A DNA stretch of 64,000 bases. Origin: a virus. The translations under genes and the position numbers were made by a program. Position 1 is the stretch's first letter. Each line of letters opens with the position of its first letter. The notes beneath the pieces were generated by a model, which saw only the letters and a list, made by a program, of their open reading frames with translations, had not been told where the DNA came from and did no database searches. Positions 26,388 through 36,933 of this stretch are shown here, in pieces. The stretch is taken from positions 1-64,000 of the IMG/VR virus record IMGVR_UViG_3300042922_000600. One strand, written 5' to 3'.

Positions 26388-28505
26388 ATGGCTGATAGCA
26401 GAGTGAGGGTAATTCTAGAGGCAGTCTTAACTAATTTTACAAAGGGAATTGGTCAGGCAAAGACACAGCTACAGGATTTGGGCAAGGTAAGTAGCCAGGC
26501 AGGCAAACAGGGTAGGCAGATATTTCAGCAGATGAACTCGTCGGCAAGGAATGCCAGAGGTGAGTTGGAAGGGATTAGAATGCTGTTAGGTTCCCTTTTT
26601 AGCATGTACGCAGGTAAAAAGTTAATAGATTTTACTATAGGCAACGCCTCAGAGTTTGAAAACTATCTACTCAGATATAGCGTTTTATTAAAGTCCATGG
26701 ATGCCGCTCAAGACCGTATGCAGGAAATGAGGGACTTTGCAATATTTACCCCATACCAATTGGATGAGGTAGTAAAAGCAGACTTGCTCCTTGAGAGTTA
26801 CGGAATTCGTAGTATAGAATTATTAAGGGTTGCAGGTGATGCCGCGGCAGGAACTGGGCAAGAGATTGAGGAAGTTGCTTTCTGGTTAGGGCGTATTGCT
26901 TCCGGAGATACTGGCTATGGCTTAATGAGGCTTGCCGAGATGAGTATTGTAACCAGAACACAGTTACAGGCAATGGGTCTAGAATTTGATAATGCAGGTG
27001 CATATGTTGGAAGCTTGGATGACTTAATGAATGCGTTGGCTACACACATGCAATCCAAGTACCCGGGCATGATGGATAAGTTAGCAGTGACAGGCAAGGG
27101 ATTATGGAGTACTATACAGGACGTCTTGGGTGAGTTTGGTAGGGATATAGGCTTTAAGTCTCTTGATAATGCTAAGGAATCCGCAATAACATTTATTAAT
27201 GAGCTACAGAGGTTGAGAGATGATGGTACTTTAGATGTGTGGACACAGCGTATCGGAGATGCCTTAGCTTGGGTGTTTGAACAGCTAACCAAGTTTGTGG
27301 GTGACATAGAGCAAACGGGCAACAAACTCGCAGGATTCTTTAAGTGGTTTGGAGACAACTGGTATTGGATTTCTGAGGCTATATTGTTTGCAGTGCAGGC
27401 ATGGCTAATATTTAAGGCATCCATGGCAGTGGAGCCACTAATCTATGGCGTTGCAACTGCAATATCTGTTTTGAGTGGAATGATGACGGCCTACAGCAGT
27501 GCCACAACTGTAGCAACGGGTATCACAGCGGCATTTGGAGTTGCACTAAAGGCGGTGGGAATTGGTTGGATAATTGCAATTATTGGTTTGGTAATTCTAG
27601 CAATTGTGAAACTGGTGCAAAATTGGGATTCAGCTAAGAACTGGATATTGTTCGGGTGTAATGCAGTGTTGCTGGCATTCCAGCTGATGGGGTATGGAAT
27701 AATGGCAGCCATAAACTTAATTGTTGAAGTAATTGCATGGATGACGTCGTGGATACCAGGTATAGGGGACGCTATGGAAATTGCGGCTCAGGCTACAAAT
27801 GAGGCACTTGCATCAGTTAGGACAGGGATAGATGATACCATTAATAGAATGGCTGAGCTTAGGAATGCGGCATTGGAAGCCAGTGAGGCAATGAAGGATG
27901 TAGAATTACCGGAAGGGCCACCAATTTTAGACATGGAAGCTCCAGGGCAAGGGGATGTACCGAAATTTGAAGGACTTGGCTCAAGGGGTGGAAGTGGGAA
28001 GAAGAAAACACAGGACGCCATTGACCTTATAGATGACGAATATAAGTACCAGATACAAATCTCAGAGGGAAAGGCTAATCTACATGATAATGACACAAAC
28101 AAAACCATGTGGAAACAATTGATGTTGAGTACTGTGGAGGTTTTGAAGGCTAAGCTACAAGAGGTTACCGCTATTGCAAGTACGGCAACTGGTAAACTAC
28201 AGGAAAAAGCGGAAGCCAAGAAGTATGAGATATTAAATCGTATTCAGGATATAACAGAGGAAATAAAGGACAACACAGCAAAATTGGTGCAGGACTTTGG
28301 AACCCCATCATTCATTAATTCCACATCATTGAAGCAGTTTAGAGCATCTACGATGGCTACTTCAGCTGGATTTACAGTAAGCGGTGCGAACTTCGTGTTT
28401 GAGTTACAAGAGGCACCTCGTACAGAGGATGACTGGAAGGATATTTTCAAAACTTCGGAAGATGCACTTGCACACTTTTTGGACAACAGAAGGAGGAGAG
28501 GCTAG
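26388..28505 (+). CDS. tape measure protein
   Basis: FAIFTPYQLDEV tape-measure motif, amphipathic Ala/Trp repeats, synteny. Confidence 0.88.
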   Translation: MADSRVRVILEAVLTNFTKGIGQAKTQLQDLGKVSSQAGKQGRQIFQQMNSSARNARGELEGIRMLLGSLFSMYAGKKLIDFTIGNASEFENYLLRYSVLLKSMDAAQDRMQEMRDFAIFTPYQLDEVVKADLLLESYGIRSIELLRVAGDAAAGTGQEIEEVAFWLGRIASGDTGYGLMRLAEMSIVTRTQLQAMGLEFDNAGAYVGSLDDLMNALATHMQSKYPGMMDKLAVTGKGLWSTIQDVLGEFGRDIGFKSLDNAKESAITFINELQRLRDDGTLDVWTQRIGDALAWVFEQLTKFVGDIEQTGNKLAGFFKWFGDNWYWISEAILFAVQAWLIFKASMAVEPLIYGVATAISVLSGMMTAYSSATTVATGITAAFGVALKAVGIGWIIAIIGLVILAIVKLVQNWDSAKNWILFGCNAVLLAFQLMGYGIMAAINLIVEVIAWMTSWIPGIGDAMEIAAQATNEALASVRTGIDDTINRMAELRNAALEASEAMKDVELPEGPPILDMEAPGQGDVPKFEGLGSRGGSGKKKTQDAIDLIDDEYKYQIQISEGKANLHDNDTNKTMWKQLMLSTVEVLKAKLQEVTAIASTATGKLQEKAEAKKYEILNRIQDITEEIKDNTAKLVQDFGTPSFINSTSLKQFRASTMATSAGFTVSGANFVFELQEAPRTEDDWKDIFKTSEDALAHFLDNRRRRG

Positions 28506-29231
28506 ATGGCTAGACGCAGATTATATAGAATGGCAGAAATGGAAAGAAGATACTGGCCCGATAATAATTGGAGCGGTTTAACTCTTGGTGGAGGTGCCCA
28601 AATACTTTCGGGCACCGATGCCAATGGCGTTGATTGGAGTGTAATTGGAATGAATAACAATGGTGCCTATGTCCGAGAGACTATAAACCTAATGCACTCA
28701 TTATCGGAAATTAAATTTACAAGGGCGATTATGGGGGGTGGCAGTCTTAAAATGTCCATTGATGGGGCTGTTTTGCACACCATTGAAGGTCCAGCCGCAT
28801 GGGAATTTTCACCCTCTATAAAAGCTTTGCCAGGATGGAGGGATATTAGGATTGAGGCTGACGGTGGAAGTGACGCAAGTCTTGGTGAGATAAAGATAAT
28901 TGGGTATGATGAAATAAATTGTTTATTTAGAAAGCCAATACCATTTAGGCAAGAAGTAACACCAACAACTCATGGAATACTTAGAGGATTCAGTGTATTC
29001 CAGCAAACGGGCAAAGGCCATGCGACGAGTAAATTCAGCTTATACTTTAACAGTCCTAATGCGTACTTGGATTTCATGGCTAACGCCTACAAGGTGCATG
29101 CCATTAAGGACGAGTTGGGAATCTTCTACAGAGGTGTAATAGTAGTGGAGGACGTAACAATGATTTCGGAAGACTGTTTCTACGTTGACTGTGTATTTAA
29201 TGCACCTTATCAGGCGGGGGTGGGTTGGTAA
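28506..29231 (+). CDS. putative distal tail protein
   Basis: Immediately after TMP. Confidence 0.55.
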   Translation: MARRRLYRMAEMERRYWPDNNWSGLTLGGGAQILSGTDANGVDWSVIGMNNNGAYVRETINLMHSLSEIKFTRAIMGGGSLKMSIDGAVLHTIEGPAAWEFSPSIKALPGWRDIRIEADGGSDASLGEIKIIGYDEINCLFRKPIPFRQEVTPTTHGILRGFSVFQQTGKGHATSKFSLYFNSPNAYLDFMANAYKVHAIKDELGIFYRGVIVVEDVTMISEDCFYVDCVFNAPYQAGVGW

Positions 29232-30949
29232 TGCTACACTTTGAAGGAGCCATAAAGGATTATATAAGAGAGCATTTACAGGTGGACAAGGCAATGCCCA
29301 CAATTGAAATAAGTGTCTGGAATAATCAAGTACTTAACGATACACCAAGAACTTTGAGGAATGTAAAGTCATTTGGTTGGGATAGAAGAGAGGATTCACT
29401 TGCGTCTGAAATAACGTTTGTCATTGAGAACACGGACGGAACAAAAAGTCCCCATTACTTACCGGATAAATTTCCACACTTGGACTTGGAGCGTTCCGGA
29501 TATCAATATGCACTATACCCGGAAAACAAAGTGGAAGCTTGGGTGGGCTATGGAGACGAACGACTGCATGTTTTTACAGGTGTAATTGACAAAGTAAAGA
29601 TAAGTGCAGATAATTCGGAGCTTGAGGTTACTGCCAGAGACAATATGAAGTACCTATTGGACCAACAAATTATTCCAGACGATGCAAAGGAATTGACATA
29701 TGAATATGACCCAGACGCACCTTTGCTGATAAGTGCCTTAATTGCGGATTTAATTAATAAGGCAGGGCTTATAGCTGAGGTGGAGGAGTCAAAGTTTGAA
29801 GACGACTCCGCATACACTATAACATCCGACCTAAGCTTTGAACTTGGTCTAAAGTATATAGACGCAATTAAACAACTCACTGACTCCATCGGATATAAGA
29901 TTTATGCTACTAATATTGGTACAATTAGAGCAGAGAGGAATATATACCCCTCGGGGACAGCAGAGCCAGTAGTAGTATTTAAGGATTATTTAAATCTATC
30001 CTCTGGTGATTTTGTAATAGACACACAGGATGCACGAGATACCCTAATAATAGCATCAGATACAGGGTGGGAAGAATTTGAGAATAAGCAGTTTGCGGAT
30101 TGGCTGAGACCTACTTTCCCAAGAGCGGCAAAGATTACCATACCATGGGCAAACACGCCACAGAAAAGAAAGCTTGCGGCACAGAGTGCCTTTGCAATGA
30201 TGTTAAGGGTAACACGTAGAATATCCATAGTGGCAGTTGCTCACCCTGCACTGCAAATAGGCGATGTCGCAAGGTTAAGTGAGCGGGTAAGCACAGCTTC
30301 GGACATATACAGAATAACAGCAATAAAGACAGAATTGAGCGATGGAACATTCTTTGATACCATAGAGTTGGAAGCTTTTGTAAATGCGGATAACATAGTT
30401 GCAAAGTCTACAGGTAGATATTTTGGGCAAGCTACAGCCACATGGAAAACAAAAGATGTATGGTTACAGCCAAGAGAGTCCTATAATATAGTTTTGGATA
30501 TGCGGGGCATATTTAATGAGGCACGTATATCAATTCATTCCTCGTTGGATGATGATGTTATTGGAGCAATCATTAATATGTTGAAGGTGGATGGGTCAGG
30601 TTGGAGTATTACTTCCGATTTCAGCTATGATGATATACTTGAGCAGGCCAATCCGGAGGGACTTGCAGATAGCACAGAACTCAACAAAAAGGGAATTCCA
30701 ACCTATGAGGCCGGACTTGCACTTAAAAACACCATTCAGGAAGTGTATGGAGGAAGTATACTGTACTTGAGCAGTGCGGACCCAGTGCCCGTAAATTCAA
30801 GTTTTATTGCATTAATCAAATGTACTACGCAGACTAAATTATTTCCATCAGACCAGATAAGGTTAACTCTACTGAACATAACTGGCTATGCGGATTTGAG
30901 TCCAAGCAATCAAACAATTGGGTGGGAAATCAAATCTATATGTTTCTAG
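29225..30949 (+). CDS. baseplate hub / Tal-like protein
   Basis: VFTGVIDKV..LEVTARD..L; HPALQIGD..YRITAIK hub-fold pattern. Confidence 0.75.
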   Translation: MVMLHFEGAIKDYIREHLQVDKAMPTIEISVWNNQVLNDTPRTLRNVKSFGWDRREDSLASEITFVIENTDGTKSPHYLPDKFPHLDLERSGYQYALYPENKVEAWVGYGDERLHVFTGVIDKVKISADNSELEVTARDNMKYLLDQQIIPDDAKELTYEYDPDAPLLISALIADLINKAGLIAEVEESKFEDDSAYTITSDLSFELGLKYIDAIKQLTDSIGYKIYATNIGTIRAERNIYPSGTAEPVVVFKDYLNLSSGDFVIDTQDARDTLIIASDTGWEEFENKQFADWLRPTFPRAAKITIPWANTPQKRKLAAQSAFAMMLRVTRRISIVAVAHPALQIGDVARLSERVSTASDIYRITAIKTELSDGTFFDTIELEAFVNADNIVAKSTGRYFGQATATWKTKDVWLQPRESYNIVLDMRGIFNEARISIHSSLDDDVIGAIINMLKVDGSGWSITSDFSYDDILEQANPEGLADSTELNKKGIPTYEAGLALKNTIQEVYGGSILYLSSADPVPVNSSFIALIKCTTQTKLFPSDQIRLTLLNITGYADLSPSNQTIGWEIKSICF

Positions 30950-30968
30950 GCATATGAAAAAGAATATA

Positions 30969-30997
30969 TTGCATTAGACTTTTTACTGTGCTATAAT
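30969..30997 (+). promoter_or_regulatory. Promoter TTGCAT-N17-TATAAT with extended -10 (TG)
   Basis: Separate promoter for the tail-tip module. Confidence 0.6.
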
Positions 30998-31025
30998 TAT
31001 TTTGTAAAAATAGGAAGGTGATTAT

Positions 31026-31448
31026 ATGTCTTGGCAGCCAAATGGGCTCTATGAGCCAATACTTAAAATGATATTCGAGAAAACAGGCGACCCTGGAATA
31101 GCGGGATTCTTTGGATATGTAGGAGATGGTGGGGGAGGAAGTAGTGGACCAGGTAATGGCGGAGTCCCAGAGCATACGCATGTTTTTAGTGAATTGGACT
31201 TCAGGCTAACGCACCCACAGGTATTTATATATAATGAGGATGATGACGTTATAGGCATAGACATAGGAGAATCACAAGAGTTGCAATTTAGGTTTATAAA
31301 AGACGTATATGATGATTATACACAGATAAAAGTAACATTCCTTTTCACAACAACATATACTGTTGGTATATTCTATCAAAGATACAATCCGTCGGTTGGC
31401 GGGCTGGTTGAGGACAAAGGAAACATAATAAAATTGGACTTAATTTAA
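31026..31448 (+). CDS. putative structural protein
   Basis: Gly-rich linker, HTH-x-x-xE (HTHVFSEL) motif typical of fibres. Confidence 0.55.
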   Translation: MSWQPNGLYEPILKMIFEKTGDPGIAGFFGYVGDGGGGSSGPGNGGVPEHTHVFSELDFRLTHPQVFIYNEDDDVIGIDIGESQELQFRFIKDVYDDYTQIKVTFLFTTTYTVGIFYQRYNPSVGGLVEDKGNIIKLDLI

Positions 31449-31452
31449 GGGG

Positions 31453-31875
31453 GTGGTTTTTATGTCAGGAGTAATAGTTTTAGATGGTAAGATAAGTAAA
31501 TTACCCTACCCGCTGTACCCTAAATTTAAGAATACTTACACAAAGGGCTATAGATTTCATATCCCACCCATAGTGGGCCCAATTAACTTTCAGTTAGGGT
31601 CACCCGGTACCATACTTCCAAATTCGGAACTCGAACTACTGGAAGTTACAGTAATGCAGAGTGGATTTGATGATATGGATTACTGGTCACTGTATATAGA
31701 GGATTCCGTTATTTTGGATACCATATATACAAAGGAGCTGGGTCAAATAAAGACACTTAAAGGTGTCAAAAGAGTTGATTTTGGTCAGTCCTTGGAACTT
31801 AGATACAACAACGTATCGGGAACATCTAAGGTGATATGGGTTGACTTGGATTTTATGTCAAAGAATTTACCATAA
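31453..31875 (+). CDS. putative structural protein
   Basis: Beta-rich; YNNVSGTSKVIWVD. Confidence 0.55.
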   Translation: MVFMSGVIVLDGKISKLPYPLYPKFKNTYTKGYRFHIPPIVGPINFQLGSPGTILPNSELELLEVTVMQSGFDDMDYWSLYIEDSVILDTIYTKELGQIKTLKGVKRVDFGQSLELRYNNVSGTSKVIWVDLDFMSKNLP

Positions 31876-31891
31876 TTAAGGAGGTATTATA

Positions 31892-32878
31892 ATGCCAAAA
31901 TGGATTACAGGTTACACAAACGCAACTAACTTTCTAAGGTCCATACTTACGACAGTAACGGATGCCGCTCATGGAGAAGACGCTTGGGCAATTGCCTACC
32001 CAGTAGGGGGTACACTACAAGAACAGATTGACGCAGTGGTGGACAAATTCGTAATTAAGACTACTACCACAGGTGGTGCCACTGTATACGTGGAATTTAT
32101 GAAACCCGCAATGGTCACAGTGGATGCAGTGGAAGAACCAAACCACTACATGGTTAAAACTAGATTCGGTCATAGTTATGACGCAGTGACAGACACTTGG
32201 TCTGCAGACAATGTAAGTGAGTACGCTGACTGGGCATGGTTTAGACGAAATACGGAGGCCACTGTTAAGGGATGGTTACCAGTATCATTCTGGATGTACT
32301 TATCCAAGGACACAATTGCTTCAGTATTAATGGGAGACCCGAACGCTAACTTTGATGACTATTTAATATCATTTGGTTATTTTGGAATGGTTAAGGGATT
32401 TGAGGGAGCTGACCCAGACACAGAAGGCAATTTCGGAATGACAGTATCCAGTGATGTCGTTCCAAATTACCCAAGAACTTTTGGGGATAAGACAGGCAAT
32501 GCAGTAACTGATGTCTGCATGCTTAAGACCCGTTCAGGATACCCATTCCAGGCACATGTGTTGAGTATAACAACTCCGGATGAATTTGTTGATAAACACA
32601 TTCTAGGACCTTCAAATTGGACACACAAGTATCACATGTCACCTGCTTATATGTGGCACGGGTTGGATGGTTACAGAGGTGAGCTAGATGCCATAATTGT
32701 AACAGACAGAAGTTCTGTTGTTCATCAGGACGAGCTTATTATCAATAAGGGTTCAGTGGACCCAGAAAAGCCAGAAAAAGTTTATAAGTATTTTGCTCTG
32801 AACGCTCCATATTCTATGTTTAATAACTCTTCAAACGTTCAATATGGTGTTGCAATACTTAAACCAAGCGTCGTATAA
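31892..32878 (+). CDS. putative virion structural protein
   Basis: Strong RBS, followed by hairpin CAAGGGGG/CCCCCTTG. Confidence 0.6.
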   Translation: MPKWITGYTNATNFLRSILTTVTDAAHGEDAWAIAYPVGGTLQEQIDAVVDKFVIKTTTTGGATVYVEFMKPAMVTVDAVEEPNHYMVKTRFGHSYDAVTDTWSADNVSEYADWAWFRRNTEATVKGWLPVSFWMYLSKDTIASVLMGDPNANFDDYLISFGYFGMVKGFEGADPDTEGNFGMTVSSDVVPNYPRTFGDKTGNAVTDVCMLKTRSGYPFQAHVLSITTPDEFVDKHILGPSNWTHKYHMSPAYMWHGLDGYRGELDAIIVTDRSSVVHQDELIINKGSVDPEKPEKVYKYFALNAPYSMFNNSSNVQYGVAILKPSVV

Positions 32879-32899
32879 AGACAAGGGGGTCATTCCCCC

Positions 32900-35800
32900 T
32901 TGCTTAATATTTTAGGGAGGAATGGTTATATGAATTATGGTAATTTCTTTGAAGAACTATTAAAGTCAGGCAAGAATTTTAACGCATACGGAATATCTTT
33001 TCAAGGCGGCTACGACAATTCATACTCATTTTCCTTCCTGCCCACGGCCCTTTGGAAATACCTTTATTTTGCATACTTACCATTTGAAGAGAGGGTGGGG
33101 GACGTATTCAACGGAATGCTACTACTGGATAGAAACATAGAAATTGAAGCCATTGGCAGGCAATGGGGGATGATGTTAGATAGAATGAACGGCAAAGAAA
33201 CCAAGCTTGGGCATAGTCTTATGTCGAAGAACAATGACAGGCTAGCACGCACCCACAATGCTTTGCTGACAGATAAATCCAAACTATCCGAAATTTTTAA
33301 TGTTCTGCACGCTACTAAAATGAAGGAAGTACAGAACGAGCTCCTTAAACAGGCAATAAAAACGGAAGGTGCATTTAGCTTACCCCTTATGGGAACACTG
33401 GAGCTGGACAGAATTAAGGCTTGTATGGGCTATGTAAACAGCACTGGGTTGCCCATGTTAGTAATAAATAGGGTATTATACATCAGCAGGATGTTGGAGC
33501 TCGGAAAATTAAATTTTGCCCACGTAGATAAGGGTATTGATGGTATAGAAAAATCAAATGCGGAATTGATAGTACAACGTATCAAGTGGCAAAACTTATT
33601 TAGAGGGCTACAGGAAATCTTGCTTACTCATATTGAGAAATCTGGAAGGCTTAAAGTTACAGAAATTATGGAGGATGCCCTGATAAGTGGATTGAGTGCG
33701 ACTGTAGACGGGGTGGTGTTAAATGAATTCTTAGAGTACCTCAATGGTGCTACTGCAAGTAATACGGAAATATTTGTTCCAACCACTAATATGGAATTGG
33801 GAGCTTACCCGGAAAAGGAAATGGGAACCTTACTGGGCCTAGAAAATCCTGGGGAAATAATTAAGCATCTACAATATATAGGGAAGGGCCTATTGGGCTC
33901 AAGTGAGTTAAAAAATGCACATATAGAACATGAGAACTATACAGGCTCCTGCAATATGAGAGAGGCTAAGCTGAGTGTAATTGGCTGGGTTGAGCGAGCA
34001 CTGTACCAATTGATAGTGGATGATATCTCATATGGCTTGGAGGGTGAAAGTGAGGCTACACTAATCAAGGATATGTACTCACTGCAGGCAGAAGGGGAAG
34101 AATTTATTTTATCCACTTATACAGGAATTAGTAAGTCAGAGCGTGAGCTTGCCTTAGGGGACATAGACGTGGGCACCATAGAGCAGTGGGTTGATGCAAT
34201 TACTGAGTTATTAATTCTAGACAGTGGGACCGACAGAGAGATAAAATTAGACAGACTGATTGACTCCTACATGAGCACAATTAGGGAAATTTTGAAGACT
34301 CATCAAGTGTCAGCTGAGCTAAGATATACAAGACAGGTATTTACAGGCAGGGAAATGATGGGACTGTACAGGAAATTTAAAGACTCCACTGTACCACAGG
34401 GATTGGATAGGTATTTAAAGTTCGGAAAGGAATTTACTATACAGAAATACCTACACAGTGCCACAGTGTTGATGAGGGAGACGATAATAAACCTACCCCC
34501 GAGCAAGCTGGCTAAATCGCTTAAGGATATGTCAGTACTGCAATCTGGTGTACTTAGCACGGAAGTAAAATCAATATTTCAGGAATTGCTGGCAAGGTCT
34601 TACATGCTGTCAAAGGAACAAAAAGGCATTATAAATTCCAAAATTGCAGGCTATGATTTCTCAAATAAAATGCCATATATCATACGTGGCATGCTTACGG
34701 GGGACACAGAGATTAAGAAATTCACACAGGCCAAGCCATTCGAATTGCTTGATAAAACGCTTAGGCAACTAATAGCACAAGAAGGATTAAAGGATTCATC
34801 CACCGTGGAGCAGAAGGAACTGTTTATTGATTACTCGATGTACCATTTGGATGATAAACTAAAAAAAGAAATTGCACGTCTAGACCTAGAATATCAGTCG
34901 GATAGCAAAGATAGAGATGCTTTACTTCAAGAATTTCTTATGGAGTTTGAAAGGCAGATGGTGGAGATGCGGATTGTTAACAGACTGCATCAATTGACAA
35001 GAAAAGAAAAAGACTCCGTATGTATTAAGGACCCAGTTGAGTTGGAGAAACAGTCCAGAGACATTGACCTCATAAGAGACAGTAATAGAGTTCTAAAGTC
35101 TTGGAGAAAGCTATACATAATGCATATAGGCGCCCAGTTTAGGCAGTTAACTCAAATAGATAGAACACACATCGGGCATGCGGATAGGGGACCACGTGAA
35201 TTGCTTAATTTAGTAATCTTGTTGCAACTTAACCAAAAGCTGAGAGAGGCAGATGGTGGGGGTCGACTCATAACCGTAGTGGATGACGGAGAGTATTTGA
35301 TAGACCTAATTGAAATGCAGGAGCGCCTAGATAAGTTAGACAAGCCCGCACCACAAATTAGGAACTTGATACACGGAATTGAGGTGGAGGAAAAAGAGCT
35401 CTTGCGTTTAAGCATAGACAAACTCCTGCAGGGCTCCAAGGAAAGACTTACATTTGTGGACAAAATCTACCAACTATCGGACGATAAAAGAGAGCTGGTG
35501 TCTGTATTCCATGAACTACTTTTGGAACGTGACGGAACAGAGGAACTGTACCAACTTGGGCAGGAGCTGGTGGAGAAAATAAAGAACGGGTTAACTTTGG
35601 ATGATGCAGAGTTGGATAAGCTAAAGGAAGTCACAGTGGAAATTGGGTTCCTATTTGATGAGATGTACAGAAGGTGGTACTTTATGCCCAGCGATGGTCC
35701 ATACGATGACCCGCTTGTACCAAATGAGAATTGGGACTACATAAATAACCCAATAAATGGGTTTATGGAAGACCCCTTACCGGGAAAGGAGGAGGGCAGG

Positions 35801-36277
35801 GGTAGAGTCCTTGTTGATTTGGATATACTCAAAAATGTAATAGATTTCATGGAGCTACTGTTTAGAACAAATTTATCCGGATACGCAGGGTGTACGCCGG
35901 AACAAGCAATAAAGCATTTTATAACAGCAATGTTTGATTGGCTCGACCATCAAATACCGGACACAGAGGATAAAATTCCAGAGTTTTACCCAGACGACTA
36001 TGATAGATACAACAATCCAAACATGGAGGGTAGGCAGGACTATTGGAAAATATTTAGACACGTAAGATGGTATTCTGAAGGTATTTTAAATAATATAACG
36101 GAATCCGAGAAAACGGGCTTAAAGGGGGCTAAATATGTAAGAAGCATTATTGATAAAATGATTGAGTATTACAAGAGCCACCACTCGGATGAAGACTTAA
36201 AGCTTGACAAATTTAAAGGCTTTAGGAGAAGAAGTATTCAAAAGAGTAATAAACTATTAAAAAAGGAGGAAATATAA
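32900..36277 (+). CDS. large (1125 aa) putative virion protein of unknown family
   Basis: Long ORF in tail-tip module; degenerate short repeats; no recognisable catalytic motif. Confidence 0.6.
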   Translation: MLNILGRNGYMNYGNFFEELLKSGKNFNAYGISFQGGYDNSYSFSFLPTALWKYLYFAYLPFEERVGDVFNGMLLLDRNIEIEAIGRQWGMMLDRMNGKETKLGHSLMSKNNDRLARTHNALLTDKSKLSEIFNVLHATKMKEVQNELLKQAIKTEGAFSLPLMGTLELDRIKACMGYVNSTGLPMLVINRVLYISRMLELGKLNFAHVDKGIDGIEKSNAELIVQRIKWQNLFRGLQEILLTHIEKSGRLKVTEIMEDALISGLSATVDGVVLNEFLEYLNGATASNTEIFVPTTNMELGAYPEKEMGTLLGLENPGEIIKHLQYIGKGLLGSSELKNAHIEHENYTGSCNMREAKLSVIGWVERALYQLIVDDISYGLEGESEATLIKDMYSLQAEGEEFILSTYTGISKSERELALGDIDVGTIEQWVDAITELLILDSGTDREIKLDRLIDSYMSTIREILKTHQVSAELRYTRQVFTGREMMGLYRKFKDSTVPQGLDRYLKFGKEFTIQKYLHSATVLMRETIINLPPSKLAKSLKDMSVLQSGVLSTEVKSIFQELLARSYMLSKEQKGIINSKIAGYDFSNKMPYIIRGMLTGDTEIKKFTQAKPFELLDKTLRQLIAQEGLKDSSTVEQKELFIDYSMYHLDDKLKKEIARLDLEYQSDSKDRDALLQEFLMEFERQMVEMRIVNRLHQLTRKEKDSVCIKDPVELEKQSRDIDLIRDSNRVLKSWRKLYIMHIGAQFRQLTQIDRTHIGHADRGPRELLNLVILLQLNQKLREADGGGRLITVVDDGEYLIDLIEMQERLDKLDKPAPQIRNLIHGIEVEEKELLRLSIDKLLQGSKERLTFVDKIYQLSDDKRELVSVFHELLLERDGTEELYQLGQELVEKIKNGLTLDDAELDKLKEVTVEIGFLFDEMYRRWYFMPSDGPYDDPLVPNENWDYINNPINGFMEDPLPGKEEGRGRVLVDLDILKNVIDFMELLFRTNLSGYAGCTPEQAIKHFITAMFDWLDHQIPDTEDKIPEFYPDDYDRYNNPNMEGRQDYWKIFRHVRWYSEGILNNITESEKTGLKGAKYVRSIIDKMIEYYKSHHSDEDLKLDKFKGFRRRSIQKSNKLLKKEEI

Positions 36278-36278
36278 C

Positions 36279-36587
36279 ATGCCAGTTGAGTACAGAAGAG
36301 TAAAGAATTTTGGTGTATATGTTCAAATGAACTACACTGTGGAGTCTGGTGGAGAGGAAAATTTCTTTTACTATGGCGGGGACATAATGGATTCTATGCC
36401 CGGAGCACCATACTCCAATAAAATGGTTGGTACAGGCTCAGAGCATTGGAAATTAGTAGCTGAGATTGACTCGATTGTTGACGCAATTCGAGAAGTTAAA
36501 AAGCAGGTTGCATTGGGACATACATTCCAACGTATTAAGTTGGAGCAAAGAGTGCAATTAGATGAGAATTTTGAAATTGTGGTATAA
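36279..36587 (+). CDS. hypothetical protein, paralog A
   Basis: Similar along its length to 36602-36907. Confidence 0.7.
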   Translation: MPVEYRRVKNFGVYVQMNYTVESGGEENFFYYGGDIMDSMPGAPYSNKMVGTGSEHWKLVAEIDSIVDAIREVKKQVALGHTFQRIKLEQRVQLDENFEIVV

Positions 36588-36601
36588 AGGAGGAATACAG
36601 T

Positions 36602-36907
36602 ATGCCAGCACATAGAAAGGTAAAACAGTTTGCAGTATATTTGAGAACCCACTTTGTTGATACGAGTGGCGACCAAACAGTGTATACCTATTTTGGTGGT
36701 ACCGTTTATACTTCAGAGAGAGTAGATGGTACCTATAATACAATGAATGGAACAGGAAAAGAGCATTGGAGAAACGTTTTGGAAACTGACTCACTTGATG
36801 AGGCAGTTGGTAAAGTCAGGGAGTTGATGGACGAAGGACACCCACTCTCAATGATTCATTTAAACAGAACTGTCAATATGGAGCAGTACTTTAAAATACT
36901 TTCATAG
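36602..36907 (+). CDS. hypothetical protein, paralog B
   Basis: Shares VKxFxVY, YxGG, GTGxEHW, DSxxxA, GH motifs with paralog A. Confidence 0.7.
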   Translation: MPAHRKVKQFAVYLRTHFVDTSGDQTVYTYFGGTVYTSERVDGTYNTMNGTGKEHWRNVLETDSLDEAVGKVRELMDEGHPLSMIHLNRTVNMEQYFKILS

Positions 36908-36933
36908 AGATATAAACAGAGAGGAGAGATAAT

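Noticed and set aside
17156-30949. PBSX-like contractile tail / myovirus
   Set aside because: Head genes are Xkd-like, but no sheath or baseplate J gene is recognisable; tube-chaperone-TMP order is siphoviral.
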